DNA of 64,000 nucleotides from Balneola sp. (GTDB lineage Bacteria > Bacteroidota > Rhodothermia > Balneolales > Balneolaceae). Shown in pieces: positions 28,891 through 39,074 of the stretch; position 1 is the first letter of the stretch; each line of letters begins with the position of its first letter. Location of the stretch: the NCBI GenBank assembly GCA_048267405.1, contig JBLWXP010000001.1, positions 20,184 through 84,183 on the forward strand. Direction: 5' to 3'. The notes under the pieces were generated by a model that saw only the letters and a program-made list of their open reading frames with translations, had not been told where the DNA came from and ran no database searches. The translations under genes were made by a program, and so were the position numbers.

Positions 28891-30857
28891 AAGTCAAGTT
28901 CCTGTTCAATTTTTTCGATGCTGCTTGCGTATTCTTCCCATTTCGAATAGTGGCTGGTAAGTTCCATTTTTATCTGGTCATATTCGAATGAAGTTTTCTT
29001 AACCTTTTCATTGTCATCATAGAAATTGACATCCGCCATTAACTCTTCAATTTCGAGTTTTTTGGATTCCAATTGTTCAATTTCTTTTTCAACAGTCTTG
29101 AGATTTTTCTTTACAGGACCTAAGCGTTTTGTGATTTCATTTCTTCGCTCCGCTTCTAACTTCCGAGCTTCTTTTTTTGATAAGTTAGGCTGAGACTCTT
29201 GAACGATGTTTTTTTTTGCGGATGCTTTTGCTTGTCCACTTTCGGCAAGTTCTTCTTTTTTCTTATCCAAATAGTAAGATACATTCCCCAGATAGGTTTT
29301 AACACGTCCTGGTTGTACTTCTAGTACTTTAGTTACAATTGGATCTAGAAATGACCTATCGTGAGATACTATTACACAAGTGCCTTCATATTGCTGAATG
29401 GCTTGTTGTAGCACATTCTTGCTACTCATATCCAAGTGATTCGTAGGCTCATCAAAAATAAGAAAGTTTGCTGGCGAGAGTAGCATTTTAGCCAAAGCGA
29501 GTCTACTTTTTTCTCCACCAGATAACACTTTTACTTTCTTGAAAACATCATCTCCAGAAAAAAGGAAACTTCCCAAAATAGAACGTAATCGGCTTTCCTT
29601 TTCTCCTGAACCAGCACCCATCATAATTTCGAGTGGTGTTTTGGTAAGGTCTAAATCGTCGGCTTGATGCTGTGCAAAGTAATTGGTGGTTACTTTATGG
29701 CCCTCTTTACGGGTACCACCTTGAATGGGCTCTAAATTAGCCAGAATTCTAATCATGGTAGATTTACCGGCACCGTTTGGACCAACAACCGCAATTTTAT
29801 CACCACGTTCAATTTCATAATCTAGTCCATCAAAAATAACTTTCTCGCCGTAGCTTTTTTTGATGTTTTCTAATGTCATTACCACCAAACCACTACGCTC
29901 TGGTGTAGGAAAACTGAAGGAAACATTTCCCAATTCCTCTTCAACTTCAATGCGGTCTACTTTTTCGAGTTGCTTAACACGACTCTGAACTTGACGAGCT
30001 TTGGACGCTTTGTATCTAAAACGATCGATAAACTCTTCAGTATCTTTAAGCTGCTTTTCCTGATTTTTTTGAGCATTCATTAACAGTTCACGCTCTTCTG
30101 CCCATTTATTTTCATAAAAGGTGTAATTACCTGCATATTCGGTAATTTTCCCACGTCGTAATGAAAGTGTTTTGTTTGTTAATGTATCTAAGAAGGTCCT
30201 ATCGTGAGATACAACAATTACCGCGCCTTGGTAATTGGTTAGGAAATTCTCAATCCATTGTAGAGACTCAATATCCAAGTGATTGGTAGGCTCATCAAGT
30301 AATAAGTAAGTTGGCGATTTTAGCAGAAGTTTTGCTAGAGCAATTCGCATCAACCAGCCACCACTAAATTCTTTAGTAGAGCGGTGGAAGTCTTTTTCAG
30401 GAAAACCTAACCCCATTAGTACCTTCTCGATATTTGAACGAAGTGTGTACAAACCAGAATTCTCAAGCTGAGTTTGAAGCTCTCCATACTGATCCATATA
30501 TCGTTGGTATTCAGGTGTGGTATGGTCAGTTGTACTCAGTTTTTCTTGAAGACCGTTTACTTCTTCTTCCAACTCAAAAAGCTCAGCAAAAGCAGTTTCA
30601 ACTTCTTCAATAACAGTTAGTGAATAATCGGGATCAACTCCATCCTGAGGAAGGTAACCGAGTGTTTCGGTATTAGAAATCTGGATGTTACCAGAATCCC
30701 TTTCCTGAATACCCATGATAATTTTGAGCAACGTAGATTTCCCAGCACCGTTTGGTCCCACCAAGCCAATCCGCTCACCAGGGTTAATGGTAGCGTTAAG
30801 TTCATCAAGCAAGTCGCGAGAGCCAAGAGAAAGGGTAATATTTTCGAGTTGTAGCAT
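28887..30857 (-). CDS. ABC-F family ATPase (tandem ABC domains, no TM domain, C-terminal coiled coil)
   Basis: 656 aa. Two Walker A motifs (GPNGAGKST twice), two signature motifs (FSGGWLMR, LSGGEKSR), an inter-domain linker, and a Lys/Glu-rich tail. Confidence 0.9.
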   Translation of the reverse strand: MLQLENITLSLGSRDLLDELNATINPGERIGLVGPNGAGKSTLLKIIMGIQERDSGNIQISNTETLGYLPQDGVDPDYSLTVIEEVETAFAELFELEEEVNGLQEKLSTTDHTTPEYQRYMDQYGELQTQLENSGLYTLRSNIEKVLMGLGFPEKDFHRSTKEFSGGWLMRIALAKLLLKSPTYLLLDEPTNHLDIESLQWIENFLTNYQGAVIVVSHDRTFLDTLTNKTLSLRRGKITEYAGNYTFYENKWAEERELLMNAQKNQEKQLKDTEEFIDRFRYKASKARQVQSRVKQLEKVDRIEVEEELGNVSFSFPTPERSGLVVMTLENIKKSYGEKVIFDGLDYEIERGDKIAVVGPNGAGKSTMIRILANLEPIQGGTRKEGHKVTTNYFAQHQADDLDLTKTPLEIMMGAGSGEKESRLRSILGSFLFSGDDVFKKVKVLSGGEKSRLALAKMLLSPANFLIFDEPTNHLDMSSKNVLQQAIQQYEGTCVIVSHDRSFLDPIVTKVLEVQPGRVKTYLGNVSYYLDKKKEELAESGQAKASAKKNIVQESQPNLSKKEARKLEAERRNEITKRLGPVKKNLKTVEKEIEQLESKKLEIEELMADVNFYDDNEKVKKTSFEYDQIKMELTSHYSKWEEYASSIEKIEQELDL

Positions 30858-30914
30858 TTTTATAAATATAGGGCAATGAACAGATAAGGGAGTCTATCAA
30901 ATTTGGATAGAGTG

Positions 30915-32282
30915 TTAATGTTCAAAAAGTTGTGTGTGAATGTGTTGTGCGGTTTCAATAAGAGTTTCCTCTTCTACTACAACATTAAAAATTCTTTTTT
31001 CTTTACTGAAGGAAATCATGTTCAAGTTCGCGTCAGTCATAGGTTTCAGAATACTAGAAATAATATCGTTTGCAATTGAAAGCTGGCAACCAATAATGCT
31101 AATAAGAGCCTTATTTCGATGTAACTCCACGGAGCCTACTTCAATGAAATCGGTAGCAAACTCGTCGAGTCGTTCTGAATCTGCAATAGCAATGGTTACT
31201 GATGCTTCAGTCGTGTTAATTGCATCAGCAGTAATTCGTAGTTCTTCTAAATGTTTGAAAACACGAGTTAGAAAATTATAGCCCATCACTGTTTCGTAAG
31301 CGCTAATAGTAAGCAATGCGATATTCTTTTTTAAAGAAATAGCTAAAGCAGGCTTAGTGGACGTAGATTCTCGAACAATGAGGGTTCCATTGTCCTCAGG
31401 CTTAAACATATTTTTAACCCGAACGGGGATATTTCTTTCTTGTGCAGGTTTTAGCGTAGATGGATGCAGAATTTTTGCCCCAAAATAGGCCATTTCCGTT
31501 GCATCGAAATAACTAAGCTCTGCAATAGGTTGCGCATTTTTAACTTGGTGAGGGTCACAAGTGTAGATACCACTCACATCAGTCCAAATTTCAATGCCTT
31601 TAGCTTGTAGAGCTCCACCTAATAAACTTGCCGTGTAATCAGAACCTTCAAATCCTAAAGTGGTAATAGTACCGTTGGGTGCTTCACCATAAAACCCGCC
31701 AATCACTGGAGTGAATCCATCTTCCATAATGGTTTCTAAAGAGCCTAATTTCTGGCTGATTAGCATGGTGTTAGGCTTTGCGTTCCCGTAATTAGCATCC
31801 GTTTTGATGAGCTTTTTGGCGTCGATGTGTTGGGTTAAAAGTCCGAGAGCTAATCCACATTGAGCAAATAGAAAAGAAGAAATTTGTTCTCCAATCGCAG
31901 CTATGGAATCTTGCATACCTGCATTCAGATTACCTTGCTTAGCTACGTATTTTAAGAATGTATGTAATCGATCAATCCTCTGATCTAGTTTTACAATACA
32001 GCTTTCTTCAATGAGCGCGTTTTTATGATGAGGATTATCTAGCAAAAACTGATGTACAATCGCGGCATGACGTTCTTTTATGTCTTGCGAAATTACCATA
32101 GCCTCATCCAGTTTTCCAGACGCAGCTAATTTCCCAGCTTCAATAAGCTGTCGAGTTGTGTGCGCAGTTGCTGATACAACTACAACCGGATACTCATAGT
32201 TTTTAATGATTTCCAAAACTTGTTTCCAAGTTTTGTGGTCATTCATTGAGGTTCCGCCAAATTTTAATACGTGTATATCCAT
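30915..32282 (-). CDS. lysC: aspartate kinase (monofunctional, C-terminal ACT domains)
   Basis: 455 aa. Motifs seen: HVLKFGGTSM, GFEGSDYTA, IWTDVSGIYTCDP. Confidence 0.88.
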   Translation of the reverse strand: MDIHVLKFGGTSMNDHKTWKQVLEIIKNYEYPVVVVSATAHTTRQLIEAGKLAASGKLDEAMVISQDIKERHAAIVHQFLLDNPHHKNALIEESCIVKLDQRIDRLHTFLKYVAKQGNLNAGMQDSIAAIGEQISSFLFAQCGLALGLLTQHIDAKKLIKTDANYGNAKPNTMLISQKLGSLETIMEDGFTPVIGGFYGEAPNGTITTLGFEGSDYTASLLGGALQAKGIEIWTDVSGIYTCDPHQVKNAQPIAELSYFDATEMAYFGAKILHPSTLKPAQERNIPVRVKNMFKPEDNGTLIVRESTSTKPALAISLKKNIALLTISAYETVMGYNFLTRVFKHLEELRITADAINTTEASVTIAIADSERLDEFATDFIEVGSVELHRNKALISIIGCQLSIANDIISSILKPMTDANLNMISFSKEKRIFNVVVEEETLIETAQHIHTQLFEH

Positions 32283-32513
32283 GCCAATAATTATTAGGTG
32301 CAGAAAATAAGAGTTATTGAAGCCTATTCCATGCTAAATAGTGATTATTTATAAACAGTTATAGAAGACTAATTCTAGCTATATATCGGATAGAATTAAG
32401 CCTCCAAAAATGGAAAAGTTGCTTGTAGTTGTGAATTAAGCGCTAAAAGAAGATTAAGTTTCTGAATATTATGAGAATCATCCGCCTAAGAACCGTTATC
32501 TTGAAAATAAAAA

Positions 32514-33725
32514 ATGCAGGTAGCAGTAATTGGAGGCGGAGCTGCGGGTTTCTTTAGCGCTCTTTCCGTTAAAAATCATCATCCCGAAGCAGAAGTAGTG
32601 CTCTACGAAAAGTCGGATAAACTACTTTCGAAAGTGAAAGTTTCAGGTGGTGGACGGTGTAATGTAACACATAACTGTTTCAAGGTAAGCGATTTGGTAA
32701 AGTTCTATCCGCGTGGTGAAAGACCATTAAGAAAAGCCTTCGGAGTTTTTTCTCCAGAGAATACCATTGCTTGGTTTGCCGAACGTGGAGTGGAGCTGAA
32801 AACCGAAGCCGATGGACGGATGTTTCCTATTACCGATTCTTCCCAAACCATTATTGATTGTTTGTGGAATGAAGCTCGCAAACTTGGTGTGCGGATTGAC
32901 GTGAAATCTCCCATAAAAAAACTCATTCCTCAAAACTCAGGATTCCTGCTTGGTTTTAAGAATGGTGAACAGAAGCAGGTAGACAAAGTAATTGTGGCAA
33001 CAGGGGGAAGTCCGCGCCGAGACGGCTTTAACTGGCTTCGTGAGCTAGGGCACAACATTGAGGAGCCTGTTCCATCGCTGTTTACATTTAATATGCCAAA
33101 CGAAGTAATTCGCGAGCTGATGGGTGTTGTTGCAAATCCAGTTTCCATTCGCATTATGGGCACTAAACTAAAAAGTGAAGGGCCTGTTTTAATTACGCAT
33201 TGGGGAATGAGTGGGCCAGCTGTTCTTAAACTATCAGCTTTTGGTGCGCGAGTTCTTAATGAGATGGATTATAATTGTTCGGCATTGATTAATTGGACAG
33301 GAGAAAAATCTGAGCAAGAAATTAGAGATGTTTTATCTGGCGTGATAAATGAACATGCCAAGAAGAAAGTACAGAATGTGAACCCATTTGAGTTGCCAAG
33401 TAGATTGTGGTTTTTCTTACTTCAGAAGTTGGAAATTTCTGACACGATGATTTGGGATAATATGGGTAAGAAGAACGTGAATAGGTTAGTTCATCTACTA
33501 ATGAATGACGAGTATAAAGTAGAAGGAAAAACCACCTTTAAAGAAGAGTTTGTGACTTGTGGCGGAGTGAGCCTACAAGATGTGGATATCAAAACCATGC
33601 AAAGCCGAATAGCAGCAGGTCTATATTTTGCTGGCGAGGTTTTAGATATTGATGGAGTTACCGGAGGGTTTAACTTTCAAGCAGCATGGACTACCGGATT
33701 TATCGCGGGGAAATTGGGCGATTAG
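32514..33725 (+). CDS. NAD(P)/FAD-dependent oxidoreductase, HI0933/BaiN-like flavoprotein
   Basis: 403 aa. Motifs seen: VAVIGGGAAGFF, SGGGRCNVTH, GEVLDIDGVTGGFNFQ. Confidence 0.85.
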   Translation: MQVAVIGGGAAGFFSALSVKNHHPEAEVVLYEKSDKLLSKVKVSGGGRCNVTHNCFKVSDLVKFYPRGERPLRKAFGVFSPENTIAWFAERGVELKTEADGRMFPITDSSQTIIDCLWNEARKLGVRIDVKSPIKKLIPQNSGFLLGFKNGEQKQVDKVIVATGGSPRRDGFNWLRELGHNIEEPVPSLFTFNMPNEVIRELMGVVANPVSIRIMGTKLKSEGPVLITHWGMSGPAVLKLSAFGARVLNEMDYNCSALINWTGEKSEQEIRDVLSGVINEHAKKKVQNVNPFELPSRLWFFLLQKLEISDTMIWDNMGKKNVNRLVHLLMNDEYKVEGKTTFKEEFVTCGGVSLQDVDIKTMQSRIAAGLYFAGEVLDIDGVTGGFNFQAAWTTGFIAGKLGD

Positions 33726-33730
33726 TTATT

Positions 33731-33768
33731 TTGGGAGTTTCTGCTTTATAAAAGGCAAAAACTCCCAA
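33731..33768. terminator. hairpin between convergent genes (possible bidirectional terminator)
   Basis: TTGGGAGTTT-(18 nt)-AAACTCCCAA, a perfect 10-bp stem. The flanking U-runs are weak. Confidence 0.45.
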
Positions 33769-33779
33769 TCTAAAACTGT

Positions 33780-34937
33780 TTATTTCAGGTCGTCAGAGAA
33801 AACGGCTTCAACATCACCACGGAGGTTGTACTCGCTTTTCATTACTTCACCGTAAGCTCCACAACTGCGAATTGCTAGTAAGTCGCCACGTTCAATAGAC
33901 GGGAGATCTAAATCGGTTCTGAATGTGTCAGAACTTTCGCAAATAGGGCCAACCACATCATATTTAGCAAGAGATTTGGTGCTCGTTAGCACTTCAATTT
34001 CGTGGATTGCTTGGTACAGTGCCGGACGAATAAGCTCAGTCATGCCAGCATCAACAATGGCGAAGTGCTTTTCGCGACCTTTTTTGGTGTACAGCACTTG
34101 AGTGATTAAACTACCAGCCTGCCCAACTACAGATCTGCCCAACTCAAAGTGCAGCTCTTGATGTGGTTTAAGCTGAATATGCTCTGCGAATAAACCAAAA
34201 TAGCGTTCAAAATTTGGAATGGGATTAGCATTTGGTTGAGCGTAATCAATTCCAAACCCGCCACCTACATTGATGATGTCTAGTTTGAAACCTGCATTCT
34301 CGAATCGATCGTTTAGATGATTGGCTCGATCACAAAGCTTACGGAATGGCTCATAATCCTCGATTTGAGAACCAATATGAAAATGGATACCAATAAGTTT
34401 AACATTCTTAAGAGTCGGTAATTGCTGAAAAATATCTTCAAGATCTTCTTCATTTATACCAAATTTATTCTCTTTAAGCCCCGTTGTGATGTATTTATGC
34501 GTGTTGGCGTCAACATTTGGGTTTAAGCGTAATGCGACATGGGCGGTAGTATTCGCCTGGGCAGCAAGTTCATTTATCACTTCAAGTTCTTGAACCGATT
34601 CGCAGTTAAAGCAAAAGATGTTGTGTTCTAAGCCTAATTTGATTTCAGAATCACGTTTGCCAACACCTGCAAAAGCGATATGTTCGGGAGAAAATCCTGC
34701 GTCTAAAGCTACTTGGACTTCACCTCCACTAACACAATCGGCTCCCAGGCCAGCCTTCAAAATCTCATCGAGAACACGCGGTTGGTTATTCGATTTTAAA
34801 GCAAAGTGAACGTGATATCCTTTAGAGATACCGTGTTCTTGAATTTGTTTTAGTGTTTGCCGAAGAAGATCGAGGTCATAGTAATAAAAAGGAGTGTTAT
34901 GCTGCTTAAAAGCACTAACAACAGAAGAATTGAACAT
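33780..34937 (-). CDS. lysA: diaminopimelate decarboxylase
   Basis: 385 aa, PLP fold-III. Motifs seen: HFALKSN, VGGGFGI, GPICESSD, CGAYG. Confidence 0.9.
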   Translation of the reverse strand: MFNSSVVSAFKQHNTPFYYYDLDLLRQTLKQIQEHGISKGYHVHFALKSNNQPRVLDEILKAGLGADCVSGGEVQVALDAGFSPEHIAFAGVGKRDSEIKLGLEHNIFCFNCESVQELEVINELAAQANTTAHVALRLNPNVDANTHKYITTGLKENKFGINEEDLEDIFQQLPTLKNVKLIGIHFHIGSQIEDYEPFRKLCDRANHLNDRFENAGFKLDIINVGGGFGIDYAQPNANPIPNFERYFGLFAEHIQLKPHQELHFELGRSVVGQAGSLITQVLYTKKGREKHFAIVDAGMTELIRPALYQAIHEIEVLTSTKSLAKYDVVGPICESSDTFRTDLDLPSIERGDLLAIRSCGAYGEVMKSEYNLRGDVEAVFSDDLK

Positions 34938-34938
34938 G

Positions 34939-36783
34939 TTAAGCGGAGATATCTATATTATTTTTTGATTCAGTAAGATTTTTTCGGCCATCATTTTGAT
35001 TATATATAAGTGAAATAACCACATCACCATCTTGGGGAGAGGGAGGGTTATCAACCGAAAAGGGTTCTACAGTTTCATTTTTAGAAACCATAAACAAAGG
35101 AAACAGAGAGTCTTTATAGGTTTCCTTGTAGTTTTTAAAAGAAAGATCATCGGTAATTTCGGTGCTTTTAATTGAGCCACCACCAGCAATTAGTTCAGAA
35201 ATTTTTGAGTAATTAAGTTCTGTATCAAAGAGGGTTCTACCGTTCAAAGCACCAGAAACTTCCGCGTCTTTACGCTGTGATGAAGCTGATGGTGCCAATT
35301 GGAATGCCTCAGCAACTCCGAAAATCTCAGCAAACCGTAACGAAGAAAGAGCATTTACTTCATCGTTAGGTGTTAGAGCTAAAACACGTCCAACACCGTC
35401 TAGGTCAATTTCATCCAATGCATATTCTGAAAGTATGTTACCATAGTATGTCTGTAAACCAGATTTACGAGCTTTAGAAATATTTTCCCAGTTCGAATCT
35501 GCTAGAATTACTTTAACACCGAGTTTCTTCAATGCGTCAGCAATTGCTCTCGCCCAAGAATGAGCACCCACAAGAATTACTCCGTTTGGCTGTGGCTTTG
35601 CTACACCGAGCCATCGAGCAAGTGGACTAGCTGAAAGCCCGTAAATAGTAACAGTAGCAATGATTACGATGAAGGTATATGGAACCAATTTGTCGGCGCC
35701 AGCAAATCCTTCTTGCTCTAGCCGGAGGGCAAAAATTGCTGAAATTGCGGCCGCTACAATTCCACGAGGAGCCATCCACGCCAAAAATGTTTTTTCTTTA
35801 AACGTAAGTTTAGAACCAATCGTAGAAATAAAGATGGCAGCTGGACGTACAATAAATAGTAAAGCAGCGATAAAGGCAGCGCTATTCCAATTGAAGTACT
35901 CAAGATGTTCTACTTTTAAGCGCGAAGCTAATAAAATGAAAAGTGCAGATATTAAAAGAACTTGAAGGTTTTCTTTAAACTCGATAATGTGCTGAACTCT
36001 GACACTCTTTTGGTTTGCAAGGATAATTCCCATTGCAGTAACCGCAAGAAGACCAGATTCGTGTTGAAGGCTATTGGATGCTGTAAAAACACCAACAACT
36101 ACCATTAGTGTAAAAGGGTTTTGAAGATAATCCGGAATCCAATGCTTCTTTAGCATGATGTAAATTAGCCCTGCACCCATAGCTCCCAGTGCTGTTCCGT
36201 AAAATATGGTCTGCAAAATGATAAGGCCAGCACTACCAGTAATATTTGAAAACCCACCAGACATAATAATTTCAAATACAAGAACAGCCATCATTGCGCC
36301 GATGGGGTCGTTTACGATACCTTCCCATTTTAGTACAGAACCTGCGGTTTCAGTTGGGCGAACTTGACGAAGAAGTGGGATGATTACGGTAGGCCCAGTT
36401 ACAATAAGTACGGCTCCAAAAAGCACAGAAAGTTCTAATCCAATATCTAAGAAGAAGAATGCAGCAATAGTACTTAATACCCATGTAACAACAATCCCAA
36501 TAGTTATAAGCTTTACTACAACACCACCAATTTTTCTAAACTCCGACATTCGAAGGCTTAACCCTCCTTCAAAGAGAATGATTGCTACTGAAATAGAGAC
36601 AAATGGACTTAACAAATCGCCCATTAATTTATCAGGATCGATAAGCCCAGTTACTGGGCCAGAAACTATTCCAACACCCAGTAGCACTAATATTGCGGGA
36701 AACTTAGTGCGCCAAGCTATCCACTGGGCGGATATGCCTAATGCTAAAACACTTGTTAAGCCAATTAAGATGTAGTCGGACAT
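34939..36783 (-). CDS. cation:proton antiporter (CPA1/NhaP-like) with C-terminal RCK (TrkA-N/TrkA-C-like) region
   Basis: 614 aa with about 12 TM helices. These are followed by VILVGAHSWARAIADALKKLGVKVILADSN (Rossmann, TrkA-N-like) and a C-terminal beta-rich tail ending in QDGDVVISLI. Confidence 0.8.
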   Translation of the reverse strand: MSDYILIGLTSVLALGISAQWIAWRTKFPAILVLLGVGIVSGPVTGLIDPDKLMGDLLSPFVSISVAIILFEGGLSLRMSEFRKIGGVVVKLITIGIVVTWVLSTIAAFFFLDIGLELSVLFGAVLIVTGPTVIIPLLRQVRPTETAGSVLKWEGIVNDPIGAMMAVLVFEIIMSGGFSNITGSAGLIILQTIFYGTALGAMGAGLIYIMLKKHWIPDYLQNPFTLMVVVGVFTASNSLQHESGLLAVTAMGIILANQKSVRVQHIIEFKENLQVLLISALFILLASRLKVEHLEYFNWNSAAFIAALLFIVRPAAIFISTIGSKLTFKEKTFLAWMAPRGIVAAAISAIFALRLEQEGFAGADKLVPYTFIVIIATVTIYGLSASPLARWLGVAKPQPNGVILVGAHSWARAIADALKKLGVKVILADSNWENISKARKSGLQTYYGNILSEYALDEIDLDGVGRVLALTPNDEVNALSSLRFAEIFGVAEAFQLAPSASSQRKDAEVSGALNGRTLFDTELNYSKISELIAGGGSIKSTEITDDLSFKNYKETYKDSLFPLFMVSKNETVEPFSVDNPPSPQDGDVVISLIYNQNDGRKNLTESKNNIDISA

Positions 36784-36916
36784 AAATTATTGTAGAAATC
36801 AAATATGGTTTTACTTAAAAACTAACTTACCGATTTTTTTTTAAACATTGAGTGAACTATTTTGCGTTGAGTTAGATTTTTATTGATTTATCCGTGAAAA
36901 AATATCTGGTAATTAT

Positions 36917-39001
36917 ATGTCCGAAAAACTTTCAAAAAAGCTCACCTTATTTGATGTGTATTCCGTAAGTACTGGGGCTATGTTTAGCTCTGGTTTTTTC
37001 CTTTTGCCAGGCTTAGCTGCAATGGAAACAGGTAACTCTGTATTCTTGGCATATTTGGCAGCAGGTATTTTAATTATTCCTTCAATGCTAAGTGTGGCTG
37101 AACTTTCAACCGCAATGCCCAAAGCTGGAGGGGCATATTATTTTTTGGATCGTAGCTTAGGACCGCTAATTGGTACAATTGGTGGGCTAGGATCGTGGGT
37201 GGCACTTATTTTGAAAAGCGCATTTGCTTTAATAGGAATGGGAGCCTATTTAACCATTTTTGTTGACGTTCCAATGTTACCGTTAGCGTTAGTTCTAACA
37301 GTCGTTTTTGGACTTTTAAATATTTTTGGTGCTAAAGAAACTGCAATACTTCAACGAGTTTTAGTAGCTGCTTTAGTAGTAATAATGGCATTTTTCTTAA
37401 TTCAAGGGCTAAACTATATCTATATAGCGGATAATATTTTGCCTCCACTTCAAGAGGAGAACTTTTTTACGAATGGAATTAATGGCTTTATTTCTACTAT
37501 AGGTTTGGTTTTTGTTTCATATGCAGGGCTTACAAAAGTGGCAAGTATTGCCGAAGAAGTTCAAAACCCTGATAAAGTTATACCGCTAGGGATGTTACTA
37601 TCTCTGCTTACAGCAAGTGTAGTTTATGTAGTTGGGGTTTTTATTCTGCTAAAAGTACTTCCAGCAGATACATTTTTTGCCAGCTTAACGCCGGTTGCTG
37701 ACGGAGCAAATGAAATAATGAGCTTTTTGCCAGGCTCATCGGGTGTAGTATTGATTGTTATAGCTGCGATAGCAGCATTCGCATCTACTGGGAATGCCGG
37801 TATTATGTCAGCTTCGCGTTATCCATTGGCAATGAGCAGAGACCGCTTAATGGGGCCGATGTTTAATAAAATTGGAAAGTTTAAAACTCCATATGTTTCA
37901 ATAATTGTCACAACCATTATTATGGCATTGGTGTTGATTTTATTTAATGTCGCAACATTAGCAAAACTTGCAAGTGCATTTCAATTGTTACTGTTCTTTT
38001 TGCTGAACTTGTCAGTTATAGTGATGCGAGAGAGTAGGATTGAAGCTTATGAGCCTGGGTACAAATCGCATTTATATCCATGGATGCAAATTGTTGGAAT
38101 GATAGTTTCGCTTTGGCTTATTGCCGAGATGGGTTTGCTTGCTGTTGGTTTAACAGGAACTTTGGTTATAGCATGTATTGCTTGGTATTTTTATTACGCA
38201 CAGGATAAAGTTGAGAGACAGGGCGCGATATTTCATATTCACGCTCGTTTGGGTCAGTTAAGGCATGAAGCTTTAGAGCATGAACTTATGACCATCATTA
38301 ACGAAAAAAATGAAAAAACTTCATTTACTTATGAAGAGGTTATAGCGAAATCGATTATTGAGAAGGCAAATTCAGATAATGAAAGTTTTAAGAAAGTTAT
38401 TAGTAATGCGACTAGAACATTAGCGAATAGATTAAATGTTGATGAAAGTGAAATTAGAAGAGGCTTGTCTGATTTAGAGAATGATTTCACCAAACTTAAA
38501 GATGGGGTTTTCTTTAACTTTGTACGGTTAGAGCATATTGACGTACCGGAAATGATTGCAATTCAATCGGTAGAGGGAATTACAATAAAGCAGGGTAATA
38601 ATAAAGAGCTGGCATATGCTTTATTATTCTTGGTTACCCCAACGAACAGGCCACTTTTACATATGCGTATAATTGGACATTTGGCTGAACTAATTCAATC
38701 TGAAGATTTTGTGCAACGATGGAAAGACGCTCCTGATTTGCAATCTTTAAAAGAAGTATTACTAAGTGATGAACGTTTTATGCACATAAAACTAAAAGAA
38801 AATTCAGCTTCGAAAGAGTGGATTGGTAAGAAAATATTAGAAATGAATTTGCCAGGAGAGTGTTTAATTGCAATTATTGAAAGACACGGCGAAATTATTA
38901 TTCCTAAGGGTGATACAGTACTGAATAAAGAAGATCAGTTATCTATTTTAGGATACCCAGATGATATTTACGAACTAAAGATTTGGCTGAAAGATAACTA
39001 A
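36917..39001 (+). CDS. APC-superfamily amino-acid/polyamine-type permease fused to an EIIA(Ntr)-like (PTS_EIIA_2-like) domain and a TrkA-C domain
   Basis: 694 aa. The N-terminal ~440 aa are polytopic (LFDVYSVSTGAMFSSGFFLLPG is typical of amino-acid permeases). Residues ~470-618 are EIIA-2-like (…LLFLVTPTNRPLLHMRIIGHLAELIQSEDFVQRW…). Residues ~625-694 are TrkA-C-like (GKKILEMNLPGECLIAIIERHGEIIIPKGDTVLNKEDQLSILG). Confidence 0.75.
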   Translation: MSEKLSKKLTLFDVYSVSTGAMFSSGFFLLPGLAAMETGNSVFLAYLAAGILIIPSMLSVAELSTAMPKAGGAYYFLDRSLGPLIGTIGGLGSWVALILKSAFALIGMGAYLTIFVDVPMLPLALVLTVVFGLLNIFGAKETAILQRVLVAALVVIMAFFLIQGLNYIYIADNILPPLQEENFFTNGINGFISTIGLVFVSYAGLTKVASIAEEVQNPDKVIPLGMLLSLLTASVVYVVGVFILLKVLPADTFFASLTPVADGANEIMSFLPGSSGVVLIVIAAIAAFASTGNAGIMSASRYPLAMSRDRLMGPMFNKIGKFKTPYVSIIVTTIIMALVLILFNVATLAKLASAFQLLLFFLLNLSVIVMRESRIEAYEPGYKSHLYPWMQIVGMIVSLWLIAEMGLLAVGLTGTLVIACIAWYFYYAQDKVERQGAIFHIHARLGQLRHEALEHELMTIINEKNEKTSFTYEEVIAKSIIEKANSDNESFKKVISNATRTLANRLNVDESEIRRGLSDLENDFTKLKDGVFFNFVRLEHIDVPEMIAIQSVEGITIKQGNNKELAYALLFLVTPTNRPLLHMRIIGHLAELIQSEDFVQRWKDAPDLQSLKEVLLSDERFMHIKLKENSASKEWIGKKILEMNLPGECLIAIIERHGEIIIPKGDTVLNKEDQLSILGYPDDIYELKIWLKDN

Positions 39002-39074
39002 GTCTAAAAGCGGGTTTCATTTCGACACTTTTGAGTCCTAGCTTAGAGAAAGTGCTTTTTATTACTTAGAAACT

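Noticed and set aside
32283-32513. Lysine riboswitch (L-box) in the 231-bp region upstream of lysC.
   Set aside because: I read the minus strand and found no L-box core elements, such as the GAGGCGC-type 5' segment. Only a short TAATTCTA/TAGAATTA hairpin is present. The region also serves a divergent promoter.
34939-39001. The idea that the divergent antiporter and permease share a split RCK domain, with TrkA-N on one and TrkA-C on the other.
   Set aside because: The antiporter tail appears to contain both a Rossmann TrkA-N-like part and its own C-terminal beta-rich lobe, so no complementation needs to be invoked.
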